Below the pieces are notes generated by a model. It was not told the DNA's origin, did not search any database, and worked only from the letters and a program-made list of their open reading frames with translations. A stretch of 64,000 nt of DNA from an uncultured Gammaproteobacteria bacterium (lineage in GTDB: Bacteria > Patescibacteriota > Microgenomatia > UBA1406 > GWC2-37-13), in the NCBI GenBank assembly GCA_964484325.1, contig CAZAEE010000006.1, positions 1,932 through 65,931 of the forward strand, in the 5' to 3' direction. Below, piece by piece: positions 18,741-27,865 of this stretch (positions are counted from its first letter, which is position 1; every line of letters starts with the position of its first letter). Position numbers and translations under genes: made by a program.

Positions 18741-19331
18741 ATGCGTACGAAAGTCGTCCTTTTCGGTATTCCTTTTTTGATCCTCGTCTTTTTGAATATT
18801 CTTCTGGCAAGCAAACTTCTTCTTAAGCAACATATGCTCTTTCAAACGAAGCAGATTTTTAACGAGATCGAACAGGGGGGCTATATCGCCAAAGCGTTTC
18901 CGTCATCACCTCTTGTTTTGGGTACTTATGATTCAAAAATCGAGAAAGTAGATGGTCGGGCAGCCAATCTGAAAAATTTTTTTCGTAAGTATAACTCACC
19001 TCTTTATGACTTTGCCGATAAAATCGTTGAAATTTCCGATACCTACGGCTTCGATTACCGGCTATTACCGGCAATTGCTATGCAGGAGTCAAATTTATGC
19101 TTGAAAATCCCGGATAACTCTTTCAATTGTTGGGGGTGGGGGATCTATGGCGACAACGTCACTCGGTTTAGCTCATACAACGAAGCAATCGAACAAGTCA
19201 GCCAAGGGATAAAAGAAAACTATTTAGACAAAGGACTCGTGACAGCCAGTCAGATCATGAAAGTTTACACGCCCTCATCAAATGGCAGCTGGGCTCACGG
19301 AGTCAACGTCTTTCTTCAAGCGCTTGAGTAA
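18741..19331 (+). CDS. Membrane-anchored lysozyme-like (transglycosylase/glucosaminidase superfamily) protein
   Basis: LLPAIAMQESNLC...NCWGWGIYG. Paralogous to 21388-21948. Confidence 0.55.
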   Translation: MRTKVVLFGIPFLILVFLNILLASKLLLKQHMLFQTKQIFNEIEQGGYIAKAFPSSPLVLGTYDSKIEKVDGRAANLKNFFRKYNSPLYDFADKIVEISDTYGFDYRLLPAIAMQESNLCLKIPDNSFNCWGWGIYGDNVTRFSSYNEAIEQVSQGIKENYLDKGLVTASQIMKVYTPSSNGSWAHGVNVFLQALE

Positions 19332-19332
19332 C

Positions 19333-19884
19333 TTAAAACTCTAAAAAGGGGAGTGAGTCAATAATGACTGGATCTTTTCCTGGCCGGTCAATGTGAATAT
19401 ATGACCCTTCCTGAAGAAGTAATTTAGTACTCTCATGGCCGATGCTAAACGCATGGGGGATCACCTCGCTAGCGTGCAAATGAGGATCTATCTGTTGAGC
19501 TAAGCATTCCAACTGACTATACGTGTAAACATCAACAAGCAATGAATCACAGTAATCTTTGTCTGATGCGTGCATTTCAGCTCGTTTAATCAACGGTCTA
19601 AAATCATTTAAAGTAAATTTCTTAATAGTGTTATATAGTTCTTCCTCTTTCTGAACAGAGTAAGCCTGGGCACCTTCTTCATTTAAGTGAGACATTAGCC
19701 TATAAGCAAGGGAAAAATACCCTCTGCTCAGAGTCTGGGGAGGGATATCAAAATCAGCGGCTAACTGAAAAAACTCTTGCAGTTGTTGTTTCTCAAGATG
19801 CGACTCGACACCGTACATAAACTCCCTGTTGTGTTTGTGATGCATTTTAGGGAGATGTTCTCGGACAGACTCGGTGATGTTCAT
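19333..19884 (-). CDS. Hypothetical protein
   Basis: ORF only. Confidence 0.45.
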   Translation of the reverse strand: MNITESVREHLPKMHHKHNREFMYGVESHLEKQQLQEFFQLAADFDIPPQTLSRGYFSLAYRLMSHLNEEGAQAYSVQKEEELYNTIKKFTLNDFRPLIKRAEMHASDKDYCDSLLVDVYTYSQLECLAQQIDPHLHASEVIPHAFSIGHESTKLLLQEGSYIHIDRPGKDPVIIDSLPFLEF

Positions 19885-19889
19885 AAAAA

Positions 19890-20504
19890 TTACTGCACGG
19901 AGCGTGCGTTGGAAAGCTCTTGGGATAGGGAATACTGAGTACCCTTTTTCTTAGATAAAGCAGCAAATAATGACCCGCGTTTTTTCTTTTTTGACTGCAT
20001 GGCTTCAAGCCATGTGTTTGACTCGCTAATCTTCGCTTTCAAAGTGCGAAGAAGTGACAAGACAACCTCCAGGAAACGGATGTGGTAAATACCTGGTTTT
20101 TCAGGTAACTCCTGAATCGTCAGATTTTCGATATCTTTCACTTCATCAATCAAGGTTTTGTGCGCGTCTTTGATAAGCTTAATCTCGCGTCTAATTTGTT
20201 CAGTTAGTTCTTTTATTGTGTGGATTTCCTCACTTTCACGCTTGTCAAAGAGCGTTTTATACTCATTGTGGTGAAACGGGATCTGAGGTTTGGCTTCGGC
20301 TGTCTCTTCATGATCAGTGTGTTCGGATTTGTTAAAACCAAAAAACGGTTCAAACATATCAGTCGCTACGCCAGCACCAATCCCTTTTATAGCGTCAAAG
20401 CCGCCGCGCATGGTGGTTGAACCCAGTTCTTGGAACGATTCTAACGGGTTTTTTTGAAGGGGGAGCGATGACTTTTTCGTGCCTACAGCACCTTTGGAAT
20501 TCAT
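19890..20504 (-). CDS. Hypothetical coiled-coil protein
   Basis: ORF with a charged, helical-looking middle region. Confidence 0.45.
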   Translation of the reverse strand: MNSKGAVGTKKSSLPLQKNPLESFQELGSTTMRGGFDAIKGIGAGVATDMFEPFFGFNKSEHTDHEETAEAKPQIPFHHNEYKTLFDKRESEEIHTIKELTEQIRREIKLIKDAHKTLIDEVKDIENLTIQELPEKPGIYHIRFLEVVLSLLRTLKAKISESNTWLEAMQSKKKKRGSLFAALSKKKGTQYSLSQELSNARSVQ

Positions 20505-20516
20505 ATCTCTATTATA

Positions 20517-21386
20517 CTACAGGCCTATTAAATAATCAAGCGTCTTCTGCTTCCTTAAAACGCTTGCATACAGGTAGGCGTTGGCCTGGGCAGCCTGCCG
20601 TTCTTTCTCGTCTTGTATTGTTGAAAAAAGTTTATCAATATCAGCTTGTTCAACTTTTATCCCCGCCTGGTCAGCAATCTCAGCCAGAATAAACTCAAGC
20701 TTGTACGTATCTTCAATCTCTCGTTTGAAGCGTGCTTTGAGCTCGTCCATGGTTAGATTTTTTGACTTCAGATACGACTCGGTCGTGAGGCCGATCTTCT
20801 GAACATCGTCAACCAGCTGGCTCAATCGTCGGTTCAGCTCTTCCTCAATAATAAGATCGGAAACCTCAATGCCTGTTTCCTTAATCAGAGCTTCCAAAAC
20901 CTGATTTAGTAGCTTCTGTTTATCTTCGTTCTTAGCTTCTTCAGAAGGCTCCTTGTCTTTGCCGGGAATCCAGATGTCGGTTTTCTTGGCATCCGCCTTG
21001 ACTTTGGCGATGATTTCCTTATGGTTTTTGACGTCTACAGCGGGTTTTAAGGCCACGTGGATCTTAAACTCCCAGTCTTCCCCCTCTTTGGCTTGTGTGA
21101 GCTCAATTTTCGGTGAAATAATCGGCTGCAAGCTCTCTTTTTTAACTATTTCCTCATAGAGGCGGGGAAGCAAGGTTTTCAGCATCTCAGAGTAGATAGC
21201 ATCGCTTTTGAGATGTTTCTGAGCCATGTCTTTGGGAGCTTTGCCTTTACGGAAACCTTTTAGTTCAAGCTGACCGTGTAGCTTTTCAAAAGCTTTGGCA
21301 GACTCAGCTATGATATCTTCCTTAGGCACAGTGACTGTAATCTCAACGGTGTTTTTAGGCAGGTGCTTGAGGCTGTGTGAGGTCAT
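20517..21386 (-). CDS. tig: Trigger factor, short form lacking the PPIase domain
   Basis: N-terminal ribosome-binding signature GFRKGKAP. Only 289 aa; no FKBP-like segment between the N- and C-domains. Confidence 0.8.
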   Translation of the reverse strand: MTSHSLKHLPKNTVEITVTVPKEDIIAESAKAFEKLHGQLELKGFRKGKAPKDMAQKHLKSDAIYSEMLKTLLPRLYEEIVKKESLQPIISPKIELTQAKEGEDWEFKIHVALKPAVDVKNHKEIIAKVKADAKKTDIWIPGKDKEPSEEAKNEDKQKLLNQVLEALIKETGIEVSDLIIEEELNRRLSQLVDDVQKIGLTTESYLKSKNLTMDELKARFKREIEDTYKLEFILAEIADQAGIKVEQADIDKLFSTIQDEKERQAAQANAYLYASVLRKQKTLDYLIGL

Positions 21387-21387
21387 T

Positions 21388-21948
21388 TTACAATTCTACA
21401 CCATTTTGTTTAAATAACAATTTGGTTTTGTCTTCCTCAGCCCTAAACTGACTGATAAAAAAATTCACGCGCACAGCCCAGGTTGGGCTTTCTGAATACA
21501 TAGGAGCAATACCCTCAATTCCCAGCGCACCGCGATTTAAATAGTTCTCACGAAGACCCTTAGCCACCGTAAAGGTAGCCTGATCCCAGGACTTAAAGTA
21601 AATAAAGCCACGACCCCAACCATAGGGATTATACGTACCCGGTAAAACAGCTTTTCCAAAAGTAGACTCAAGTCCAGCAATAGATGGCAACCAGTAACAG
21701 TCCAGGCTATAGGTGGTACAGGCGTCGATAAAAGCATCAACTGAGACGCTCATTGGAGAGCCATAGCGGGTAAGCACGTTTTTAATCACGCGCTTCTGGA
21801 TACCCAAGGCAAGGGGGTTTTTTGTAGGATCGCTTGAGACCGGTTGGACCAGGCGAGCAGACAGCCCAGCTACTTCGTCAGCACGGACCACCCCTGGTGT
21901 AACACCGATAATCAAGGCAAAAATCAGAGAAAACATTATTTTTTTCAT
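21388..21948 (-). CDS. Secreted lysozyme-like protein (paralog of 18741-19331)
   Basis: Signal peptide; WLPSIAGLESTFG...NPYGWG. Confidence 0.55.
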   Translation of the reverse strand: MKKIMFSLIFALIIGVTPGVVRADEVAGLSARLVQPVSSDPTKNPLALGIQKRVIKNVLTRYGSPMSVSVDAFIDACTTYSLDCYWLPSIAGLESTFGKAVLPGTYNPYGWGRGFIYFKSWDQATFTVAKGLRENYLNRGALGIEGIAPMYSESPTWAVRVNFFISQFRAEEDKTKLLFKQNGVEL

Positions 21949-21950
21949 AT

Positions 21951-21998
21951 AAAAAAAATCCTAAAGCTCTTCCAACTTGCGTGAAAAAACCTTAGGAT
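21951..21998 (-). promoter_or_regulatory. Leader hairpin followed by U8 directly upstream of the start codon (attenuator-like)
   Basis: Minus strand: atcctaagg-23 nt-ctttaggat then tttttttt then at-ATG(21948). Confidence 0.4.
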
Positions 21999-22007
21999 CT
22001 GAATGAC

Positions 22008-22036
22008 ATTATAGCATCATATCTCCCCCTTGTCAA
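22008..22036 (-). promoter_or_regulatory. Consensus promoter TTGACA-N17-TATAAT for 21388-21948
   Basis: Plus-strand tgtcaa 22031-22036 and attata 22008-22013. Confidence 0.65.
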
Positions 22037-22219
22037 GGGGTAAAACCATAGTCCTTATAGTATGAGGTGTGTGTAGTAGATATGCGTCAATTGAGCCTGA
22101 TACGTATCTGGAAACTGAGATTAGCTAGGCACGAATCGTGGCCAGATAGCTCAATCAGGAAAAATTAGTCTCTTGATTTTTAGACGAAATTGGCGTTAAA
22201 TAAGGTAAAAAGGATACAT

Positions 22220-24013
22220 ATGCTAACTTTTGCAAAACGGACTAACTTCATTTTTTACTATGCCATCGTCTTTTATATGTTACTAGTTATGGGGGTAATC
22301 GTCTTGAAGCTGTCCCATATCCTGCCTGACCGGTTTCCGAAAGCCCGTCCCGAAGAGCAGCGGGTGAATGCACCCTTAAGCTATCAACAGCTACTTGACC
22401 AAAATCGGATTAAACCGCCGGGTCTTATTGTTCTTGTTGATCTTCATTATGATAAAAATGCCCAACCTGCAATTTCTATCAAAAATCTTCACGGGATGAA
22501 TGGCTATGTACCAAAACATCCTGACGAACTGCCTCAAGTGACAGCGTCGCCGACGTATACCCTACAAGTAAAAAGTGCCAGCAGTGACTTGGTATATACT
22601 CTCCACTTTCAGGTACCAAACACCCAAATGAGCGACGCCCTCGGAGATGATAAAAATTTTCACGGGAATGGGGAAAAAATTCTTTCCCAAGTCGACTTTG
22701 CAGAAGTGATTCCCTGGACTGCTAATAGCTCCCGTTTGGAAGTGGCCGATGCGAGAAATAGCACGGTTACCCAATCTTCTTTGACTGACGTCAAGTTTGA
22801 TAATAATGCACCCAATTTTTTAACCTTACAGACTGATACGAACCAACCGGCCACTCCCGATACCCAACAAACCCTTAACATTACGTTTATCGGCGATATG
22901 TTTCAGCAGGATCTGGGGCTGTTTCACTCAAATGTCAGTCAATTCTCAAATCATATGACATCTCTTTATGAACCTTATAAGTCACGGGCATCACAACTAA
23001 CTTTCAGATATGTAGATAATACTGACCCCCTCTACTGTCGAAATGACGGTGGGTATATCACGTGCGGTTGCAATAACTACCCGAGTCAACCGTGTGATCC
23101 TGCATACGTCATTCAACGGGTGGGCGCTACACCTTGGGATAAGATTATGGTTATTGTCAATGACCCCACCAATTATGGCGGAGGATCAGGGCTGGGTTCA
23201 CCAGTCTCAACGGCTTACAATGGGTCATGGGGCTCTCAGATATTTGTTCACGAGTTTGAGCACGCTTTTGCTTCTTTGGAAGATGAGTATGATTATGGCA
23301 TCACGGAGCCGTATACCAATCAAGTCGATGCCAACTGTTATGCCGGTTTGCCACCTGCCGCTCCTTGGCAAAATATTGTTGCTCAAAGAGATTATTATAT
23401 TGTCTGTGGAAGATCTAACTGGTACCGGGCGTCAAATGACAGCCTCATGCACGGGATTGCCACAACATATTTAAATGCCGTATCCCAAAATATGATCAAC
23501 TCGACACTCAACAACTATGTTGGCCCGTACACCAACTCATCGTCACCAACAGCTACTTTAAGCTCTCCTTCAAGTGGTATTTACGTATCTGGTTTAACGA
23601 CGTTCCCTGCCACTGCTGCAGACGATGCTGGAGTCGGGTGGGTTGACCTATGGGAAAATAATACAGTCCAAAATACTGCCTATCTGAGTCCTTACTCGCT
23701 TGTTTGGAATTCAGGTACTGTGGCTGGACTCCACACATTAGTTGCCAAAGCACATGATTCAGCTGGCAATATGGGTACCTCAGCTCCTGTATCTGTGGTC
23801 GTTTGTCCAGGAGATGCCAATCATAATGGAACTGTCAGCATCGTTGACTTCAACATCCTTAAATCGACCTATGGGAAACAACTCGGGGACTATGGGTATG
23901 ATGGAAGAGCTGATTTTAACGGAGATAATATAGTTGGTATTTCTGATCTTAATATATATAAAATAGCTCAGGGGACAGACTGCATACGATTCATGCCAAC
24001 GGGTACTCCTTAG
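22220..24013 (+). CDS. Secreted M64 (IgA-peptidase-like) zinc metalloprotease + Ig-like domain + two dockerin repeats
   Basis: FVHEFEHAFASLEDEYDY (HExxH...DEY as in family M64). DANHNGTVSIVDFNIL and DFNGDNIVGISDLNIY. ATG 22220 preferred over TTG 22190. Confidence 0.7.
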   Translation: MLTFAKRTNFIFYYAIVFYMLLVMGVIVLKLSHILPDRFPKARPEEQRVNAPLSYQQLLDQNRIKPPGLIVLVDLHYDKNAQPAISIKNLHGMNGYVPKHPDELPQVTASPTYTLQVKSASSDLVYTLHFQVPNTQMSDALGDDKNFHGNGEKILSQVDFAEVIPWTANSSRLEVADARNSTVTQSSLTDVKFDNNAPNFLTLQTDTNQPATPDTQQTLNITFIGDMFQQDLGLFHSNVSQFSNHMTSLYEPYKSRASQLTFRYVDNTDPLYCRNDGGYITCGCNNYPSQPCDPAYVIQRVGATPWDKIMVIVNDPTNYGGGSGLGSPVSTAYNGSWGSQIFVHEFEHAFASLEDEYDYGITEPYTNQVDANCYAGLPPAAPWQNIVAQRDYYIVCGRSNWYRASNDSLMHGIATTYLNAVSQNMINSTLNNYVGPYTNSSSPTATLSSPSSGIYVSGLTTFPATAADDAGVGWVDLWENNTVQNTAYLSPYSLVWNSGTVAGLHTLVAKAHDSAGNMGTSAPVSVVVCPGDANHNGTVSIVDFNILKSTYGKQLGDYGYDGRADFNGDNIVGISDLNIYKIAQGTDCIRFMPTGTP

Positions 24014-24018
24014 TTATA

Positions 24019-25965
24019 TTAATGAGTTCGACCTGAATTAGGATCAACAATGATCCCTGAGGTATCAACTACTTCAAACATCGATGCCTGAAGATTAAGA
24101 AATTCTTGATTCATAGCATAATTGTCTCCTGTAGCCGGATCGCCATTGTTCCACATACCTGGATCATTCCAACGACAATCTGGCACGCCGTCAAAGCCAA
24201 TGGCTGCGCCAATAGTGCCATCTGCCAAAATCATGCCGTAATTTCTCAATGTTCTCAGGATAACTTTCATTTGAGGAGACCAGCTACCAGTCTCTATATT
24301 AACATTTGATTTCAATCGAAGTCGTAGACCAAAAGGAAGCGAATCAGGAGCAGACAAACTACCATCGCCTGAGTGACGAGCCGGCCAGATATATGGCGTC
24401 GGGTACGAGTTAGCTCGAATAATATTGTCATCAGTGACAAAGCGCAATGCATGATGGATCATACCACCTGATTGTTGCATTGCGGCCCAAACTTCATCAT
24501 ACCGGATAAGTCCTGGAAATACCGGTAAACCAGCAGCATCTGCTGAAGTCCAACCATCATGTCTCAATGGTTGATTGGGATCATCCATATCCCATTTGGC
24601 ACCAGAGCCGGCCGCATATCCATTACCAGAGTGTTGAGTAGCAAATGTTTCATAGATATTACAAGAACCATTTTGAATAACTATTGCGTGTCTATCACCA
24701 CTATTATTGGGCATGTCTTGGATGCCAACTCCGGTAGGATAGGGATAAGGCCCAGGATCGCTTTCGCCACTATAGACAAAACTCATCGGAACAAGTGGTT
24801 GATTAGTTGGTACAACGTTATAGGGAATACCATATAATCCATTGCTATAGAGCCCGCTGCCGAATCCAACAAAGGCTTTCCCAGGAGGACTCCCGATATT
24901 ACTCATCCTTGTGATTTGTTGAGAAGATATAGATGTCACTGGCAAATCAGTAATCGTACGATTCCAGTAATTGTCAGCTGTAAATATCGGACAATTAATT
25001 GAGCCAGGAGGAGGATCAGACCAGTACTGTTGTTCATTTGGCGCACATATTGGCGACGGAAGAACCGCTATCGGGGTTGGAGTTGGCTGACTAGCAGTTG
25101 GTGTCGGTGAAGGAGGAGGAGGACGAGTAGGTGTTACTGTTGGTATTGGCAAGTTTTTGCGACAGGTGAAACCAATACTCGCTTTATAAATATTGATGTC
25201 TCGTATATTAATGCAACCATCGCCATTGAGATCATAGGGTGAACTCTGGCATGTACCAAACTGTGTCATGATTGAGCTATAGTCGGAGATTGTAACAGTA
25301 CCGTCCTGATTAACGTCTGCCAAACAGGCATATTCTTCAATAATAAACTTATCGACTTTGACGTTCCCTTGTTGTCCTCTAACAATAAGGGTATGAAGAC
25401 CAGGAGCAAGCGAAAAGGCTTTTGGTGCAAATTTGTTATAACCAGGTGTATTTAATCCTCGCCAGGATGCAATACGAGTCTGGAATCCACTCGTTGCCGG
25501 TATATCCCACAACATAGTCGAGTCAGTCGGCTCTCCATCTATATTAATATAAAGTGCAGAAGTAGCATTTGGCTCTTGAGCGTCAACTACTGCTTTAACA
25601 ATAAACCGCTCCATAGACGGAGGTATTGGTGTAATTGAAGCTATGGGAGGAATGGTGAACGTATAGGAAGCTCTACCGCCTTGAGTCGGATCAACGGTTG
25701 GATTGGGATTGGGCTGGTAAATATAAATAGGCGGCGTCGGTGCACTGATGACAAATGGTACAGTAATGGTGCCATTTTCAGCTTCAATTGTGGCAATTGG
25801 TGGAGTAGGCGTCGGAGTTGGAGTACTGTTTAAGGCTGCTCGGCTAAAAGGATTTGTCGACTGCTGATTAGCTTTGTTAAAAAGAACTACAATAATACTC
25901 AAAAGAAAAATCAACAATAGAACCAAGTAAGGAGAATACTTTGTTTGAAACTCTTTAAGTTGCAT
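24019..25965 (-). CDS. Secreted protein: TM anchor, PT linker, CBM-like domain, two Cys-bracketed dockerin repeats, PT linker, conserved C-terminal domain of unknown function
   Basis: IEAENGTITVPF... resembles a CBM6/35 start. DVNQDGTVTISDYSSI and DLNGDGCINIRDINIY. C-domain has GDRH...SADAAGLP...HALRF motifs. Confidence 0.65.
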   Translation of the reverse strand: MQLKEFQTKYSPYLVLLLIFLLSIIVVLFNKANQQSTNPFSRAALNSTPTPTPTPPIATIEAENGTITVPFVISAPTPPIYIYQPNPNPTVDPTQGGRASYTFTIPPIASITPIPPSMERFIVKAVVDAQEPNATSALYINIDGEPTDSTMLWDIPATSGFQTRIASWRGLNTPGYNKFAPKAFSLAPGLHTLIVRGQQGNVKVDKFIIEEYACLADVNQDGTVTISDYSSIMTQFGTCQSSPYDLNGDGCINIRDINIYKASIGFTCRKNLPIPTVTPTRPPPPSPTPTASQPTPTPIAVLPSPICAPNEQQYWSDPPPGSINCPIFTADNYWNRTITDLPVTSISSQQITRMSNIGSPPGKAFVGFGSGLYSNGLYGIPYNVVPTNQPLVPMSFVYSGESDPGPYPYPTGVGIQDMPNNSGDRHAIVIQNGSCNIYETFATQHSGNGYAAGSGAKWDMDDPNQPLRHDGWTSADAAGLPVFPGLIRYDEVWAAMQQSGGMIHHALRFVTDDNIIRANSYPTPYIWPARHSGDGSLSAPDSLPFGLRLRLKSNVNIETGSWSPQMKVILRTLRNYGMILADGTIGAAIGFDGVPDCRWNDPGMWNNGDPATGDNYAMNQEFLNLQASMFEVVDTSGIIVDPNSGRTH

Positions 25966-26104
25966 AGTAATTTAGATCTATGAATTCAGACTAACTAATA
26001 TAATCTTGCTTGTCAATTGTAAATGTGTAAATGCAATACATTAGTGAAGCTCTGTTTCCGTCAGAAAATTACGTTAAACCATATAGTATAATTAGTAGAT
26101 ATCA

Positions 26105-26178
26105 GGAGTCATAGCTCAATTGGTTAGAGCGCTGCCCTGTCACGGCAGAGGTTGGGGGTTCGAGCCCCCTTGGCTCCG
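26105..26178 (+). tRNA. tRNA-Asp (anticodon GTC), 74 nt
   Basis: Acceptor GGAGTCA/TGGCTCC, anticodon loop CTGTCAC, T-loop TTCGAGC. Confidence 0.93.
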
Positions 26179-26229
26179 CAAATATCTTATATAGAGCCCT
26201 GCAACAATCTAAAATTCCAAACCCACCTC

Positions 26230-26258
26230 TTGACAGTCGACTCGATGTACTGTATACT
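26230..26258 (+). promoter_or_regulatory. Promoter TTGACA-N17-TATACT lying between tRNA-Asp and a terminator
   Basis: TTGACA 26230-26235, TATACT 26253-26258. Confidence 0.5.
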
Positions 26259-26271
26259 TTTTTCATAATCA

Positions 26272-26306
26272 CCTCAGCTAGTGCGCAAGCCCGCTGAGGT
26301 TTTTTT
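26272..26306 (+). terminator. Rho-independent terminator (cctcagc...gc-GCAA-gc...gctgagg + T7)
   Basis: 7-bp outer stem 26272-26278/26293-26299, inner GCAA tetraloop, T-run 26300-26306. Confidence 0.8.
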
Positions 26307-26324
26307 GATGGTATAATTGTCTAG

Positions 26325-26897
26325 GTGAATGAAACAATACTTTTTATTGATGGAGAAAATTTCATATATAAACTCGAAGATATCTTAAGAGAGAAAAGAA
26401 TTGATAAAAATAAAGTCGATCTTTCAACTATTGATTTCAATCTTTTATTTGAGAAGCCACTAAGAAATTTTAAACTAACCAGGAAGATTTTTTATGCAGC
26501 AAGACTACATGTATATCCTGATACTAAAAAAAGGTCTGAAGTTTTGATTAAATTTCAGCGAAAGTTGCGTAATACTCTTGTGAAACAAGGATTTGAATTT
26601 ATCATCGCGGGAAATGTAAGAGCACAAGAAGTCGATGGAAAATTGATATTTAAAGAAAAAGGTGTTGATGTAAAAATTGCCGTAGATATGGTCTCCTGGG
26701 CATGTGACAAAAAAATGCATAGAGCAATTCTTTGCAGTTCAGATTCAGACCTGCAGCCTGCCATAAAAGAATCACTGAGAAGAAAAGTTGAAGTAGTATA
26801 TCTTGGATTTGAGATGAATCCTAATAAAGGGCTAACAGCCACCACAAGTAGAACTATTTTATTTAGGAATTCAGAAATTCTTGAGGTAATCCAATAA
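26325..26897 (+). CDS. NYN-domain (LabA/DUF88-like) putative RNase
   Basis: ILFIDGENF...GVDVKIAVDM...CSSDSDLQPAI. GTG start 7 nt after the extended -10 TGgTATAAT (26309-26317). Confidence 0.7.
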   Translation: MNETILFIDGENFIYKLEDILREKRIDKNKVDLSTIDFNLLFEKPLRNFKLTRKIFYAARLHVYPDTKKRSEVLIKFQRKLRNTLVKQGFEFIIAGNVRAQEVDGKLIFKEKGVDVKIAVDMVSWACDKKMHRAILCSSDSDLQPAIKESLRRKVEVVYLGFEMNPNKGLTATTSRTILFRNSEILEVIQ

Positions 26898-26944
26898 AAA
26901 TCGTTTATACAGAGTATACTTATATTGATTCTCCAACCTAAAGC

Positions 26945-27865
26945 ATGTTGAAATTAAAACGCTCTGAACATAATCCTATCTTAAGCCCGTCTGATGAGCT
27001 GTGGGAAAATAAACTCGTTTTCAATCCTGGTGCAATCATGGTCAATGAGGAGATCTATTTAATTTATCGTGCCATGGGTCAGCGTGAAAATTATTCGCGA
27101 CTTGGTTTGGCCATAAGTCAAGACGGAATAAATTTTAAAAGAAATAAAACACCTTTATACTATGGTAAAGGTCATCCTGATGAATCACTGGGTATTGAAG
27201 ATCCAAGAGTCGTCAAAATTGACGATACATATTATCTTACCTATACTGCAGTTTCTGAAGATCTTGAGGCTGAAGTCAATCGTGGATGGAAGGAACAAAT
27301 CGCCAAAAAGCCCCGCATTGCCCTTTCGACAACAAAAGATTTCAAAACTTATATTGATCATGACGTGATTATTCCGAATTTATCAGGGAAAAACTCCAGT
27401 TTTTTTCCACGGAGGGTAAACGATGAATTTTGGTTACTGTATAGAGCTGGCGTTGGCAAAACCTACTTTGGCCATTCACCTTCACTCACGCACTGGCCTG
27501 ATGTTCATCAAGTTTTTGAAGAACGACCTGGTATGTGGGACTGCATACGAACAGGGATTGGAGCACCGCCGATTGAAACTGAGAAAGGTTGGCTACTGTT
27601 TTATCATGGAGTGTGCGAGTCAAATATCTATCGATTAGGTATTATGTTTCTCGATCTTGAAGACCCAACTAAAATTCTGTACCGTTCACCAGAGCCGATT
27701 CTTGAGCCACAAGAAAAGTACGAGAAACTAGGATTCATACCCAATGTAGTTTTTACCTGTGGCGCTATCGAGAAAGATGACCTCTATTATGTCTATTACG
27801 GCGCCGCTGATCAAGTGATCGGTTTGGCAACCGTTGAAAAAAAATTAGTATTAGGCCTTTTTTAG
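26945..27865 (+). CDS. GH130-family glycosidase/beta-mannoside phosphorylase-like protein
   Basis: NPILSP...FNPGAI...IYLIYRA...LGLAISQDGINF...GIEDPRVVKIDDTYYLTYTA. Confidence 0.8.
   Translation: MLKLKRSEHNPILSPSDELWENKLVFNPGAIMVNEEIYLIYRAMGQRENYSRLGLAISQDGINFKRNKTPLYYGKGHPDESLGIEDPRVVKIDDTYYLTYTAVSEDLEAEVNRGWKEQIAKKPRIALSTTKDFKTYIDHDVIIPNLSGKNSSFFPRRVNDEFWLLYRAGVGKTYFGHSPSLTHWPDVHQVFEERPGMWDCIRTGIGAPPIETEKGWLLFYHGVCESNIYRLGIMFLDLEDPTKILYRSPEPILEPQEKYEKLGFIPNVVFTCGAIEKDDLYYVYYGAADQVIGLATVEKKLVLGLF

Noticed and set aside
22139-22158. tRNA-like 5-prime fragment ggccagatagctcaatcagg upstream of the M64 protease gene
   Set aside because: Only an acceptor/D-arm-like stretch is present. No anticodon arm, T-arm or 3-prime acceptor strand can be folded. 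It is possibly a tRNA remnant but not a gene.
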